This document shows positions 1 to 12,480 of a stretch of 64,000 nucleotides of DNA, one piece after another. The translations under genes and the position numbers were made by a program. The stretch is from Octopus sinensis (taxonomy: Eukaryota): the NCBI RefSeq assembly GCF_006345805.1, contig NC_043014.1, positions 43,338,001 through 43,402,000 on the forward strand, in the 5' to 3' direction. How positions within the stretch are numbered: position 1 is the first letter of the stretch; each line of letters starts with the position of its first letter. The notes under the pieces were generated by a model that saw nothing but the letters and a program-made list of their open reading frames with translations, was not told where the DNA came from and searched no databases.

Positions 1-191
1 TATATATATATATAATACATGTGTATATTTAAAGGGCTAAAAACCACTATGTGGTTAGCCATATGCTAGAAGTAGATTACCTACGATCAAACTACAAAGA
101 AAAGAATGTTCTCTAGAGAAAAATTCAGCGGACACCAGAACAATATACGGGCAAGACAGATGAAAATTATATAAAAAACAAGAATTAATAT

Positions 192-734
192 GGAGTGGCT
201 GTCTGGTAAGTAGCTTGCTAACAAACCACATGGTTCCGGGTTCAGTCCCACTGCATGGCATCTTGGGCAAGTGTCTTCTGCTATAGCCCCGGGCCGACCA
301 ATGCCTTGTGAGTGGATTTGGTAGTAGTACATGGGTAATTATTTTATTTCGTATATTTTTCACTTGTTTATTGCTATGGTTTTGTGTTGAGTTTGATCTG
401 AGAACATAATCTTTTGTGGTGAATGGCGATTTGACGTCTATATCTAGCATGTTGACTGTCCACTTTTCGTGTTCAGTCCTTAATTGGTATATATATATAT
501 ATATATATATATGTTTGTGTGTCTGTGTTTGTCCCCCTAGCATTGCTTGACAACCTATGCTGGTGTGTTTATGTCTCCGTTACTTAGCGGTTCGGCAAAA
601 GAGACCGATAGAATAAGTACTGGGCTTACAAAAAGAATAAGTCCCGGGGTCGACTTGCTCGATTAAAGGCGGTGCTCCAGCATGGCCGCAGTCAAATGAC
701 TGAAACAAATAAAAGAGTAAAAGAGTAAAGAGTA
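192..734 (+). mobile_element. tRNA-derived SINE family S1, interrupted by ~160 bp of unrelated sequence (326-487)
   Basis: A-box/B-box head (TGGCTGTCTGGT...GGTTCAGTCCC), CTTGGGCAAGT CORE-like motif, internal (TA)n, tail ...AAATGACTGAAACAA; many near-identical copies in the window. Confidence 0.85.
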
Positions 735-1459
735 TATATATATATACGACAGGTTTCTTTCAGTTTCTATCTACCAGATCTACTCACAAGGCTTTGGTCA
801 GCCCATGGCTATAGTAAAAGACTCTTGCCCAGGGTGTCACACTGTGGGACTGAACCCGGAATCATGTGGTTGTGAAGCAAACTTCTTACCACACAGCCAC
901 AACTCACGGCATGACATCTTTAGTATAAGGTATAGACACACTGGGATAATGTAATCCAAGGTAGACGAGGAAAAAAAAAAATGACAGAATGGTTTGCTAC
1001 CTTTGATCATATATGCAACTTGATCATCATTATCATCATCATCATCATCAGCAGCAGCAGCAGCAGCGGCAGCAGCAGCAGCAAGAGCTACAGCAGCAAC
1101 AACATCAAGAACAAAAATAGATAGCTGGATCTTACTGATCTCATCTAGAGGTCAATAAGACAGATCACACGTAGATGGATGGCTATTATAAGGGAAAGTC
1201 CACATGTGAGTGACCCTACAATCATCTGAAAACAGACAGGAAGTGCCGTTGTATATTCTGCGCGCCATCCGCCCTCCCTCCCCATCCCCCACACCGCCGT
1301 TCATTTATTTATAAGTGTCTGTTATCAACCAAGTATGTCTTTGATCCTATCCCATTTCTTCTCTGTTAATGCTACTTTCAAATCTGCAAATACCTTTGCA
1401 AGTTGGATTTTTACAAAGCAGATTTTTGTGTTTTATGTGAACACTCAAAGTAAATGACA

Positions 1460-1494
1460 TAGATACATATACATACATGTGTGTATATATATAT

Positions 1495-1541
<47 letters not shown>

Positions 1542-1735
1542 TATATATGTATATACACATATATATATATAAATATATAAATATATATATATATACACAT
1601 ATATATATATATACATATGTATACATATATAGACATACATACATATATATATATACACATAGATATATATATATATACACATAGATATATATATACACAT
1701 AGATAGATATATATATATATATGTATATACACATA

Positions 1736-1811
<76 letters not shown>

Positions 1812-1840
1812 ATATATATATGTATATATATATATAATGT
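1460..1840. repeat. compound (TA)n/(TG)n microsatellite
   Basis: direct reading; source of the YIYI-type ORFs. Confidence 0.97.
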
Positions 1841-2116
1841 AAGTATTTGATGATGTCTTCAGGTGGGCAAGTGGTGAATGGATGGATGAATGAATGAAAG
1901 ACATGTGTATGACATTATATATATATATATATATAAATATATATGTATGTATATATATATTCACCGTTATTTCCTCTTCCTGCAAGAAAATTCTAAACAA
2001 GACAGGTTCAAAAGTGAACATCGATTCATAATACAGTTTGAAGGTTTGAAGTGATAGCCTGAAGAATATTGAAGATTATGTGTTAGGAATACATGTGTGT
2101 ATGTGTGTGTATTAGC

Positions 2117-2262
2117 ATCATCATCATTGTCGTTTAACATCTGCTTTCCATGCTGGCATGCGTTGGACGATTTGACTAAGGACTGGCAAGCCAGTAGGCT
2201 GCACCAGGCTCCAATCTGATCAGGCAAGATTTCTACAGCTGGATGCCCTTCCTAACACCAAC
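2117..2262 (-). mobile_element. LINE-3'-end repeat S2 (AGGAAGGGCATCCAGCTGTAGAAA...(GAT)n tail), fragment
   Basis: matches the other S2 copies. Confidence 0.8.
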
Positions 2263-2556
2263 AAAAAAAAGAACAATAAAGGGAGAAATAATTAATAATT
2301 ATTTATTAATTAAAAAATTAGACATTTTAATTGATAAATAATTATTATCTCTCTATTTTCTTATCTTCTTAAAATAATTATAAACCAGGGTTTATCTAGT
2401 TACCTTACAGTTGAATATTAATTGTAATAGTCAACACTTTTTAAATAGGTCACCAACCAGAATTTTCATTGGATTTATTATCCCTTACTGAGGTTTGTAA
2501 CCTTTATTTGAACTTTATATATATATATATATATATATTTATTTATTTATTATTTT

Positions 2557-2942
2557 TATTTTACTTGTTTCAGTCATTTTACTGCGGCCATGCTGGAGCA
2601 CCGCCTTTAATCGAGCAACTCGACCCCGGGACTTATTCTTTTGTAAGTCCAGTACTTATTCTATCGGTCTCTTTTACCAAACCGCTAAGTAAGGGGACAT
2701 AAACATGCCAGCATCGGTTGTCAAGCAATGCTAGGGGGACAAACACACACACACATATATATATATATATACATATATACGACAGGCTTCTTTCAGTTTC
2801 CGTCTACCAAATCCACTGACAAGGCTTTGGTCGGCCCGAGGCTATAGTAGAAGACACTTGCCCAAGGTGCCACGCAGTGCGACTGAACCCGGAACCATGT
2901 GGTTGGTAAACAAGCTACTTACCACACAGCCACTCCTGCGCC
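2557..2942 (-). mobile_element. SINE S1, full length
   Basis: reverse complement of head, internal (CA/TA)n and tail. Confidence 0.9.
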
Positions 2943-3009
2943 TATATATATAATGTAAGTATTAGATGATGTTTTCAGGTGAGCAGGTGGTGGGAGTGAT
3001 ATATATATA

Positions 3010-3220
3010 GTTAAAGTTAATCCAAACATGAAAACACAAAGAGAAAACACAACAACGCGAGGATGTGGAACAAGTATAGTATTATTGGACGCTCAGGAAA
3101 GAAGGAAAGAAGGAGGGTTTAATGTTTCAAGCGGAGCTCTTCGTCAGAAACACAGGAAAAGGAAAGATCCAAAGAAGGGAAGACGGAGGAAAAAAAATCC
3201 CCAACGGTACACACGTGGTC
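3010..3220 (-). mobile_element. short non-autonomous PLE-like element carrying a hammerhead motif
   Basis: HHR motif at 3117-3151; its 3' tail recurs decayed at 61855-61935; flanked by microsatellites. Confidence 0.6.
3117..3151 (-). ncRNA. minimal type-I hammerhead ribozyme motif (slightly decayed)
   Basis: minus strand: GTTT CTGACGA A GAGC TCC GCTT GAAA CA TT AAAC; stem I GTTT/AAAC. Confidence 0.6.
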
Positions 3221-3230
3221 ACATATATAT

Positions 3231-3266
<36 letters not shown>

Positions 3267-3652
3267 ACACACACACACACGCACGCACGCACACACACAC
3301 ACACACATATTCAATGTCCAAAGTATTAAGATATGATCTAGAGATAGTTTCTTGCTGAGAAAAGCCATGTCCAAGCAGGGTTTTATAACACACTCTGTGT
3401 CTCCAAGCAATCCTCGGGTTCTGAGCACATGGTCTGTTCTGTTTGAAAATCAAGACACTAATACATGAGAAATCTTGAGAAGAAAAAGTTGAGAAGGTTG
3501 ATGCAAAAAGTGAAAGGATGAATAAAGACAGAAAAGAAAAGAAAAAACAATTATAGTTATGCCCGCTTTGACCAGGAAAACCATAATTGAACTAGTTGTT
3601 ATAGAATAATTCAACAGGGAGGGGTCTAAAGTCTGTGAGATAGCTATTCAAT

Positions 3653-4640
3653 CTATGGTGGTGTTCTCCAGTTTGCCAAAGGAAATTTGCCCATGTGCTT
3701 GCATTTGCTGAAAATTCAGATCTGGAATTAAGTAGTGTAGTGGAATTCTAAGATCCAAAATAAATGTGCAATCTTTCAGCTACACATAGGTTGCATTTCT
3801 TAGATCAGTTTACATATAGCAAGGATTTCTCTACAATTTTCCACTTGATTGCTTGTGGAGTGCAGTTGATCATCAAACATCATACATGGCTAGCCAACTG
3901 GGTGGCTTTACTTTAGTCAATGCACCAGAAAGAAGACTGGTTTGTTTGCATGTCTTTTGAATTCACTTTTACGTAAACCAATATAATTTTTCTTTTCAGT
4001 CAGGTTGTCTTGAAGCATTACTCTGACTTTTGCTTTGTAGACAATGGAGTTTATCATATACACCTGGTCAAGTTGGCAGCTTCAGGGTCTCAACAGTTAC
4101 AATTGCAAGTGAACGCTTGCTGATGCTTATGATTAACAATGTTCTTCATATTGAAGCTGCAGCTGTATGATATTTTAATTGAGCAGCTGTTAAAAATATT
4201 TCTGTATTTAGGATTCATAGGGAAATGCTTATCTAAAAGAGACAGGAAGTTCTTGCCTACATTAATTATAACATTCAGGGAGAAAGGGAGGAGGCAGGGC
4301 CAACAGTATTATTTTCCTTGGTCTATTTTTTGGTCTATTTTTATGATTCATATTTTTACTTGAAAGGTTGTAATATTTTAATACATCTTATCTTTGAAGC
4401 TTCTGTTAGCTAGGGCATTGCTATTGTAGGGGGATGCCTTATATATTTCTTTAGAAGAGAAGAGATTTGATATCCTATTACTGATGTTAGCTATCAGGTT
4501 TTTAAATTCTATAGTGGCAGTGGGGTGACAGGATTGCTTGTGTATATAGAAGAGTTTCTCATTTGGTTTATGATACAGTTTAAAAGAACGTAACTTTAGA
4601 TCAAGGGAAACATAATCAACTTTGACAGATTGGTGGTTAC
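3653..4640 (-). pseudogene. decayed Penelope-like element ORF (RT C-terminus + GIY-YIG endonuclease)
   Basis: manual translation across frameshifts and stops: SFKLYHKPNEKLFYIHKQSCHP..NRISNL..PPFSLNVIINVGKNFLSLLDKHFP..IKISYSC..NCNC..SIVYKAKV..NYIGL..IKWKIVEK..KKCNLCVAE..LLNSRSE. Confidence 0.85.
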
Positions 4641-4833
4641 AGTGATTTTAAGTCAGGCAGTACTGCCATTGACCACACTTGAATGGTGATTTTTATGTGC
4701 CACCAGCATGGGAGCCAGTCAGGCAGCACTGGCAATGACCACACTCGAATGGTGATTTATATGTGCCACCGGCATGGGAAAGTAAGATTAACAGAAAAAG
4801 TACCCCATTCAGTAAGTGATAAATATCATTTAA

Positions 4834-5464
4834 CCCTTTAGTATTCAAACCCGTCACATTCAGCCCGAAATATTCTACTTATTTTATGTTCAAACTGACC
4901 AGATCGGGCTTCTCACACCTACCCAACAACGTCATTCAAATGATAGACAGTTACATCATCAAAATTCCAAAGCTTTGAGATATTGTTAAATCAATCTATA
5001 TATATATATATAATCTATATATATAAAGCTGAAGTTGTCTGTGTGTGGCAGATTTAGTAGCCTTCAACTAACTCTATCTCCTCCAAGACCCTGCGGCGCA
5101 AGTTGACCAAAATTGAGAGTATGATAGAAGAAGGCTTGCTCTTCATTCCGGAGAAGATAAAATTCAAATCGGACCATGTTAGCACCAACAATTATTTACA
5201 TCAAAAAAGTACTTTTTTTCTATGAAAATCCCTATTTTTTACGATTTTTTTACTGCTGCGTCGCCATTTTTTGGTGTATTTCAACCAGAAGAATGTTCAC
5301 TTAAAGAGAATAACAAGCTACATAATGCAAAGTTTCTATTTTTCAAAAATTCGAACTCCAAAGGGATGAAACAAACCCCAGCAATGCCGGGCGATACTGC
5401 TAGTTTAAAATAAATGTGAATAAATAAGCACTACTTTTGACAGAATAATGTGAATGCTAAAAGG
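4834..5464 (+). mobile_element. TTAA-flanked (piggyBac-type) MITE split by a Helitron
   Basis: TTAA|CCCTTTAG ... GCTAAAAGG|TTAA; internal sequence matches copies at 12.8-14.7 kb and 55.1 kb. Confidence 0.8.
4995..5403 (+). mobile_element. non-autonomous Helitron
   Basis: 5' A|TCTATATATATAAAG, 3' GC-rich subterminal segment then CTAG|T; no TSD. Confidence 0.75.
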
Positions 5465-5489
5465 TTAATGTAAACAGTACAAAGATATG

Positions 5490-5610
5490 AGCTACTATTA
5501 GTTTCTTGCTGTGGAGACACGTGTCTTGGCAGGTTTTTATAACATTCCCTGTGTCTCAGAGAAATATTCTGGTTCTGAACACATGGTCTGTTCTATTTGA
5601 AAATCAGACA
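5490..5610 (-). mobile_element. fragment homologous to 3330-3455 (3' flank of the PLE remnant)
   Basis: shared sequence such as TAGTTTCTTGCTG...ACATGGTCTGTTCT(G/A)TTTGAAAATC. Confidence 0.6.
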
Positions 5611-5723
5611 CGATTGGTGTAAAATGGGGGTGTGTAGAAGCTGTGAGAGTGTAATGGATTGCAACAGAGATAGATAACTAAATGGTAACAGCGAATGATG
5701 GATGCGAATAATGAGTGGCCCAG

Positions 5724-5761
<38 letters not shown>

Positions 5762-6028
5762 TGATTGAGAGTGTAGAAAGCACATGTACAATCTGATGTA
5801 GCTCATTATGATGGTGGTGGTGGTGGCAGCGGCGATGGTGGCGATGGTAGTGTTGGCGATGATAGTGTTGGCGATGGTGGTGGTGGTGTTGCAGGTGGTG
5901 GTGGTGGTTGCTAATCTCCAAATAGAACTATGGAAACTATGTTTCCATTAGTTTTTCAATTACTGATGCTATCTCGAGGTTCTGTTGGTCATAATTCTTC
6001 ACAGAATCCTTATCCTTACAATCATGCA

Positions 6029-6029
<1 letters not shown>

Positions 6030-6075
<46 letters not shown>

Positions 6076-6106
6076 AATATATGCACACACACCAACCACA
6101 CATGTT

Positions 6107-6158
<52 letters not shown>

Positions 6159-6303
6159 TATGTATATATGTATGTACATATGTATATAAGTACATACATG
6201 TGTCTGTATTTTGAGTGTTTGTGTGTGCATGTGTGAGCATGCATGCATGTGTGTGTGTATATGTGTGAGTGAATGGGTGTGTGGTGTGAATATATATACA
6301 TGC

Positions 6304-6347
<44 letters not shown>

Positions 6348-6461
6348 CATATACACACACACATATATATATCCATGTATGTGTGTGTATGTATTATAAT
6401 ATATATATATACATATATATATATATATGCATGTATGTATGTGGTGTATGTGTGTGTGTAC

Positions 6462-6504
<43 letters not shown>

Positions 6505-6521
6505 GTATGTATATATATGTA

Positions 6522-6568
<47 letters not shown>

Positions 6569-6720
6569 CATCATCATTTAATGTCTGTTTTCCATTCTTG
6601 CCTGTATTTCCACATATACATCATACACATACTCACACATGCATGCACACACACACATAAACACACACACAAACACACACACACAGAGACTCTCACACAT
6701 GCGCGCATACATTGCATATG
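6030..6720. repeat. compound (TA)n/(TG)n/(CA)n microsatellite block
   Basis: direct reading. Confidence 0.95.
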
Positions 6721-6920
6721 CACACACCAAACCAGCATGCACTATTGAAGATTGAGTCTGTGTGGTTTTGCTCACACCCCATTCCTGTTAATATCTGTTC
6801 CTTCATTTCCCATGTTCCATCTAACTTTGCAGGTGGACTTTGCAGGCTTATTTCTTTATTTCCTTGTTCAACTATTACAGGGCAAGAATTAGCTGCCAGC
6901 CCACATACATACATACATAC

Positions 6921-7255
6921 ATGATGATGGCCGTCCACTCGTGACTGAGGAAGACCATTGCCGACCTTCAGGAACATTGTGCGCTCTAGGACTAACTTAT
7001 ATTTTGCATTTGTGGCTCTGTTGGTGGCTAATGAGCCCTGCTCTTGACAAGCATACACGACTGCAAACATTGCAGACCAAGCTTTCCCCATTCACTATAC
7101 AAGCCGTGCGCTTTCGCACAGCTCGCTTAAGTTCTTCATGCTGGATACGTGCTCTCTCAAAAGTGTCGATCCCCTCCTTAATCTGCCTCCTCCATCTGTG
7201 GCGATGACAGGCATTGTTCTCTCAGTTAGTGTCCTGCATATCAAAAGCCTTTAAC
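6921..7255 (-). mobile_element. 5'-truncated RTE-clade LINE 3' end with one C2H2 finger
   Basis: RWRRQIKEGIDTFERARIQHEELKRAVRK...CNVCSRVCLSRAGLISHQQSH, stop at 6999-6997, short 3'UTR; (ACAT)n on both sides. Confidence 0.85.
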
Positions 7256-7274
7256 ATACATACATACATACATA

Positions 7275-7512
7275 CTAAAAAGCACCATCCAATCGTGGCT
7301 GTTTGCTAGCCTCGTCTAGCACTTGTGCCAGTGGCACATAAAGAGCACCCACTACACTCACGGAGTGGTTGGTGTTAGGAAAGGCATCCAGCCGTAGAAA
7401 CATTGCCAGATCAGACTGGGCCTGGTGCAGCCTTCTGGCTTCCCAGACCCCAGTTGAACCATCCAACCCATGCTAGCATGGAAAGCGGAAGCTAAACGAT
7501 GATGATGATGAT
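7275..7512 (+). mobile_element. repeat S2
   Basis: GGAGTGGTTGGTGTTAGGAAAGGCATCCAG...(GAT)n tail. Confidence 0.85.
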
Positions 7513-7524
7513 GATATATATATA

Positions 7525-7885
7525 TCATCTTCATCATCATTGTTTAACGTCAACTTTTCATGCTGGCATGGCTGGATGGTTTGACTGAGGACTGGCGAGC
7601 CAGATGGCTGCACCAGGCTCCAATCTGATCTGGCAATGTTTCTACAGCTGGATGCCCTTCCTAATGTCAACCACTCCGAGAGTGTAGTGGGTGCTTTTAT
7701 GTGCCACCGGCATGAGGACCAGTCAGACAGTACTGGCAATGACCACGCTTAAATGGTTTGTTTTTACATGCCACCCGCACAGGAGCCAGTCCAGTGGCAC
7801 TGGCAACAACCATGCTCAAATGTTGCTTTTCACATGCCACCAGCACATGTGCCAGTAAGGCGACACTGGCAACGATCACGCTCGT
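7525..7885 (-). mobile_element. repeat S2 with internal subrepeats
   Basis: tail-to-tail with the preceding copy. Confidence 0.85.
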
Positions 7886-8110
7886 GGAATTCCGTTACTT
7901 ACGACGATGAGGGTTCCAGTTGATCCGATCAATGGAACAACCTGCTTGTGAAATTAGCATGCAAGTGGCTGAGCACTCCACAGCACATCTACCATCAACA
8001 TAGTTCATGGGGGCAATTCAGCATGACACAGAGTGTGACAAGGCTGGCCCTTTGAAATACAGGTATGACAGAAACAGGAAGAAAGAGTGAGAGAATGTTG
8101 TGGCAAATGA
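7885..8110 (-). mobile_element. SINE S4 3' part (same tail type as 48173-48561)
   Basis: ACGACGATGAGGGTTCC...TTGAAATACAGGTA matches the 48.2 kb copy. Confidence 0.75.
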
Positions 8111-8730
8111 GGACAGAGCTTTTACTACCGTCCAATCCATTTTATATGAAATATAAATGGCTGACGGTTAGTAAGGAGAGACACAGTAAGTGATAAGAAA
8201 ACAAAGACCACTGATGCGGTCACAGGAGTGTGCGAAAGAACTTTTGGCCGAAATAAGATTAAGATTAATGTAAAATAAATATCACTGAAGCAAAATAACA
8301 CAAATCTATAGTGCGTGTGTTTTTATTGGCTAAACTGGCAAAATTACCATTCCGAAATACAACAATGTCTGTTTTCAAACACACGACTTCACATAAAAAA
8401 TCTGCACAACAAATATTTAAACGTATATATATATATATATTATATATATATTATATATATATATTATATATATATATATTTTTAGATATTTATTCTTTAT
8501 ATATATTTATTTATATATTTATTCTTTTTATCTTTTTTAGTCTTGACTGCAGTCATGCGGAGCACGACCTTTAGTCAAGCAAATCGCCCCCAGGACTTAT
8601 TCTTTGTAAGCTTAGTACTTATTCTGTCGGTCACCAACATCGATTATCAAGTGATGGTGTGGTGGGGGGGAGGACAAGCACAGATACACAAACATATACA
8701 TGCATACATAAATATATATATATATATATT

Positions 8731-8969
8731 TTTACTTTTACTTTTACTTGTTTCAGTCATTTGACTGTGGCCATGCTGGAGCACCGCCTTTAGTCGAGAA
8801 AATCGACCCCGGGACTTATTCTTTGTAAGCCCCGTACTTATTCTAATCTCGTCTCTCTTTTGCCGAACCGCTAAGTGACGGGGACGTAAATACACAGCAT
8901 CGGTTTGTCAAGCAATGCTAGGGGGACCAACACAGACCCACAAACAATACACACAACACACACACACAC

Positions 8970-9018
<49 letters not shown>

Positions 9019-9177
9019 GACAGGCTTCTTTCAGTTTCCGTCTACCGAATCCACTCACAAGGCATTGGTCGGCCCAGGGCTATAGCAGAAGACACTTGCC
9101 CAAGATGCCACACAGTGGGACTGAACCCGGAACCATGTGGCTGTTAAGCAAGCTACTTACCACACAGCCACTCCTAC
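8731..9177 (-). mobile_element. SINE S1
   Basis: full head, microsatellite and tail. Confidence 0.9.
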
Positions 9178-9805
9178 ACTTATATAGAAAGCAGCTATAT
9201 ATAATATTTGTTAAGTATATTATATTAGATGAAAAATCAAAACCAAGACAGAATGACTATCTCAAGTCATTTAGAATAATTTAATTAGGGTAAGTGAAAT
9301 AAGGGTAAGCATAAGCTATGATTTTGGAACCTAATAGTCGACCAACTATAGCACTTACCAAGTGTACCTATTTATTTAGATCACAAGTGAACTAAACCCC
9401 TCATATTATGTATATATCATCATCATCATGATGTATATATATTTATATATATGAATGTATACATGTGCGATTATGTGTGTTTACATGTATGTAGTATGTA
9501 TATGTGAATATGTATGTAGTATGTATATATATGTACATATATCTATCTATCTATCTATCTTGGAGTCTGGTGCAGCCTCCTGGCTTCTCAGACCCCGGTT
9601 GAACCATCCAACCCATGCTAGCATGGAAAACGAACGTTAAACGATGATGATGATGATGATGATATATATATGTAAATATATATATATATATATATGCACA
9701 CACACATATATATGTGTATTCACATATACATACATACAAGCATACATACATATATACATGTGTGTATTGTGTCTGTGTGTGTATATACACAAACACACAC
9801 ACATA

Positions 9806-9843
<38 letters not shown>

Positions 9844-9992
9844 ATATATATATATATATATATGCATATATGGACATATACGTTACTATATATTCAGTGG
9901 ACATGCTTGTGATGTAACAGCTCACTCTGTTGATAAAGAACTAGAATTTTTTTTCCCTGTAAAATCTTCAAACCATCTATTACACACACACA

Positions 9993-10046
<54 letters not shown>

Positions 10047-10641
10047 CTCTTATCCTCGGCACTTTATTCGTCAAGCCAACATCAATACAATATAACAGAA
10101 TAGGAAAAACAAGCAAGAGAAGCAACTTAGTGTGTCCACAGTTGTCTGCCCCTGCTGGTTAAAATTTTCCTCAAAAGCTAGTTCCATGCTGGTTTATGTG
10201 GAATTCACGTGGCTAGAAGAAAATTATTGATTTATGCAACCGTTTTCCAACAGGGGGGTACCATGGCACTTTCAGTTACCCCTGGCAGTACCTGGAGGTG
10301 TCACAAAATCTCTGTATTTACACCGTTCAGCCTAAAATTTTCTATATTCATAGCTTACTGGATAAAACGAAAACATATTCTGAGAAAAGTTGTAAAAGAA
10401 TATTTTTCTGAAAATGTGAGGGGTGAAAATTTATTTATGAAATATTTCAACGCAAGACAGTTGTTATTAAAAGAAAAAGAAAAGATTACAGTAAAAATGA
10501 AATGAAATGTGTCTAAACTTTAGATTTTTTGGGGTTTTTTTCCCCCCCTTTTTTTTAGACAAGAATATTAATATCAAATCTATCAATGACAATGCTGTGT
10601 GAATATTTTAGCTCAAGAAATATATATCAATTTCTCACCCT

Positions 10642-10712
<71 letters not shown>

Positions 10713-10769
10713 TTTTCTATCTGTCTATGTTTGAACATTTTATTTGAGTGGGTGGGAGGAAATGTACAA

Positions 10770-10827
<58 letters not shown>

Positions 10828-10852
10828 TAGAGATATATAATATATATGTATA

Positions 10853-10909
<57 letters not shown>

Positions 10910-11052
10910 ATACATACACAGAGAGTGAGAGAGACAGATAGATAGATAAAAATGTATGATATATTTGTATATGCATATATATATACACACACACAGATAC
11001 ATACATCCGTACGTATGCATGTATGTATATAGAGATATTATATATATATATG

Positions 11053-11084
<32 letters not shown>

Positions 11085-11381
11085 TATATAGGGAGAGAGA
11101 GAGCAATAAGAAAAAAAATATATATATATATATGATTTATTAGAGACTATATCAATATGTAGGACACCAGAAATGGCTAGGTACAACACCATAGGCTTCA
11201 CGGTAAGGTAAAACAACCACGAAAGTATCATGTATTAGTAGCATACTATAGTTATATAAGTACCAAATCAAATTTAAACTGTAGATCTGACGCAGGGTTG
11301 GTTCTAGTTGTGGCATAGACGTATAAAAGAAGACACAAGGAATTTAAAATTTTAAACCCCAGTTGTGTTCTTTTATATATA

Positions 11382-12007
11382 TGAGGGGGCGCTGAAGAGC
11401 TGCTGGCATTATGGGTATCCCGAAAGGCCTGGTTGGAGTCCCAGCCTTGTGAATTCTTTTATAGGGCTTAGAAAAACTGAAGGACCCTTGCAATAAGTGT
11501 GTGAATCCGAAAGGGGAATATGTTACTCTTTTACTTGTTTCAGTCATTTGACTGCGGCCATGCTGGAGCACCGCCTTTAGTCTAGCAAATCGACCCCGGG
11601 ACTTATTCTTTGTAAGCCCAGTACTTATTCTATCGGTCTCTTTTGCCGAACCGCTAAGTGACGGGGACGTAAACACACCAGCATCGGTTGTCAAGCAATG
11701 CTAGGGGGACAAACACAGACACACAAACATATACACACACACTTATATATATATATACATATATACAACAGGCTTCTTTCAGTTTCCGTCTACCAAATCC
11801 ACTCACAAGGCATTGGTCGGCCCAGGGCTATAGCAGAAGACACTTGCCCAAGGTGCCAAGCAGTGGGACTGAACCCAGAACCATGTGGTTGGTTAGCAAG
11901 CTACTTACCACACAGCCACTCCTGCGCCTATATTGAATAAAATTACATAACTGATTCTCCCGTAATTTTTTTTTGTCCAAAGCCTGGAACTTTTCAGCAC
12001 CCTCTGA
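11382..12007 (+). mobile_element. mariner-derived non-autonomous element containing a SINE S1 (11526-11927, minus)
   Basis: TA|TGAGGGGGCGCTGAAGAG ... CTTTTCAGCACCCTCTGA|TA; internal GLEKLKDPCNKCVNPKGEYV resembles a mariner C-terminus. Confidence 0.7.
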
Positions 12008-12060
12008 TACACACACACACACACACATGTATATACAAGAGTGAAAAATAAAGATATATA

Positions 12061-12480
12061 GGCATAGGAGTGGTTGTGTGGTAAGTAGCTTGCTTCCCAA
12101 GCACATGGTTCCGGGTTCAGTCCCACTGCATGGCACCTTGGGCAAGTGTCTTCTTCTATAGCCTCAGGCTGACCAAAGCCTTGTGAGTGGATTTGGTAGA
12201 CGGAAACTGTGTGTATATATATATATATATATATAATATATATATGTATGTGTGTGTATATGTTTGTGTGTCTGTGTTTGTCCCCCCCCCCCAACATCAC
12301 TTGACAACTGATGCTGGTGTGTTTACATCCCCGTCACTTAGCGGTTCAGCGAAAGTGATCAATAGACTAAGTAGTAGGCTTCCAAAGAATAAGTCCTGGG
12401 GTCGATTTGCTTGAGTAAGGGCGGTGCTCCAGCATGGCCACAGTCAAATGACTGAAACAAGGAAAAGAGAGTAAAAGAGT
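12061..12480 (+). mobile_element. SINE S1
   Basis: full copy. Confidence 0.9.

Noticed and set aside
1021-1110. (CAT)n(CAG)n(CAA)n polyQ-like tract; similarly the poly-His ORF at 5604-5921
   Set aside because: No splice signals or flanking coding context; simple trinucleotide repeats.
1335-1995. Possible minus-strand micro-exons ([18 protein letters not shown]; EEEIT)
   Set aside because: Splice signals are marginal, the phases do not join, and no protein is recognised.
4095-4105. In-frame TGA in the PLE CNC motif as a selenocysteine codon (as recalled for some Naiad PLEs)
   Set aside because: The TGA falls at the Arg position after CNC (CGA to TGA decay), not at a Cys, and the copy has many other stops.
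1347-11231. Long ORFs rich in YI/CV/HT dipeptides
   Set aside because: They are translations of (TA)n, (TG)n and (CA)n microsatellites, which lack stops in some frames.
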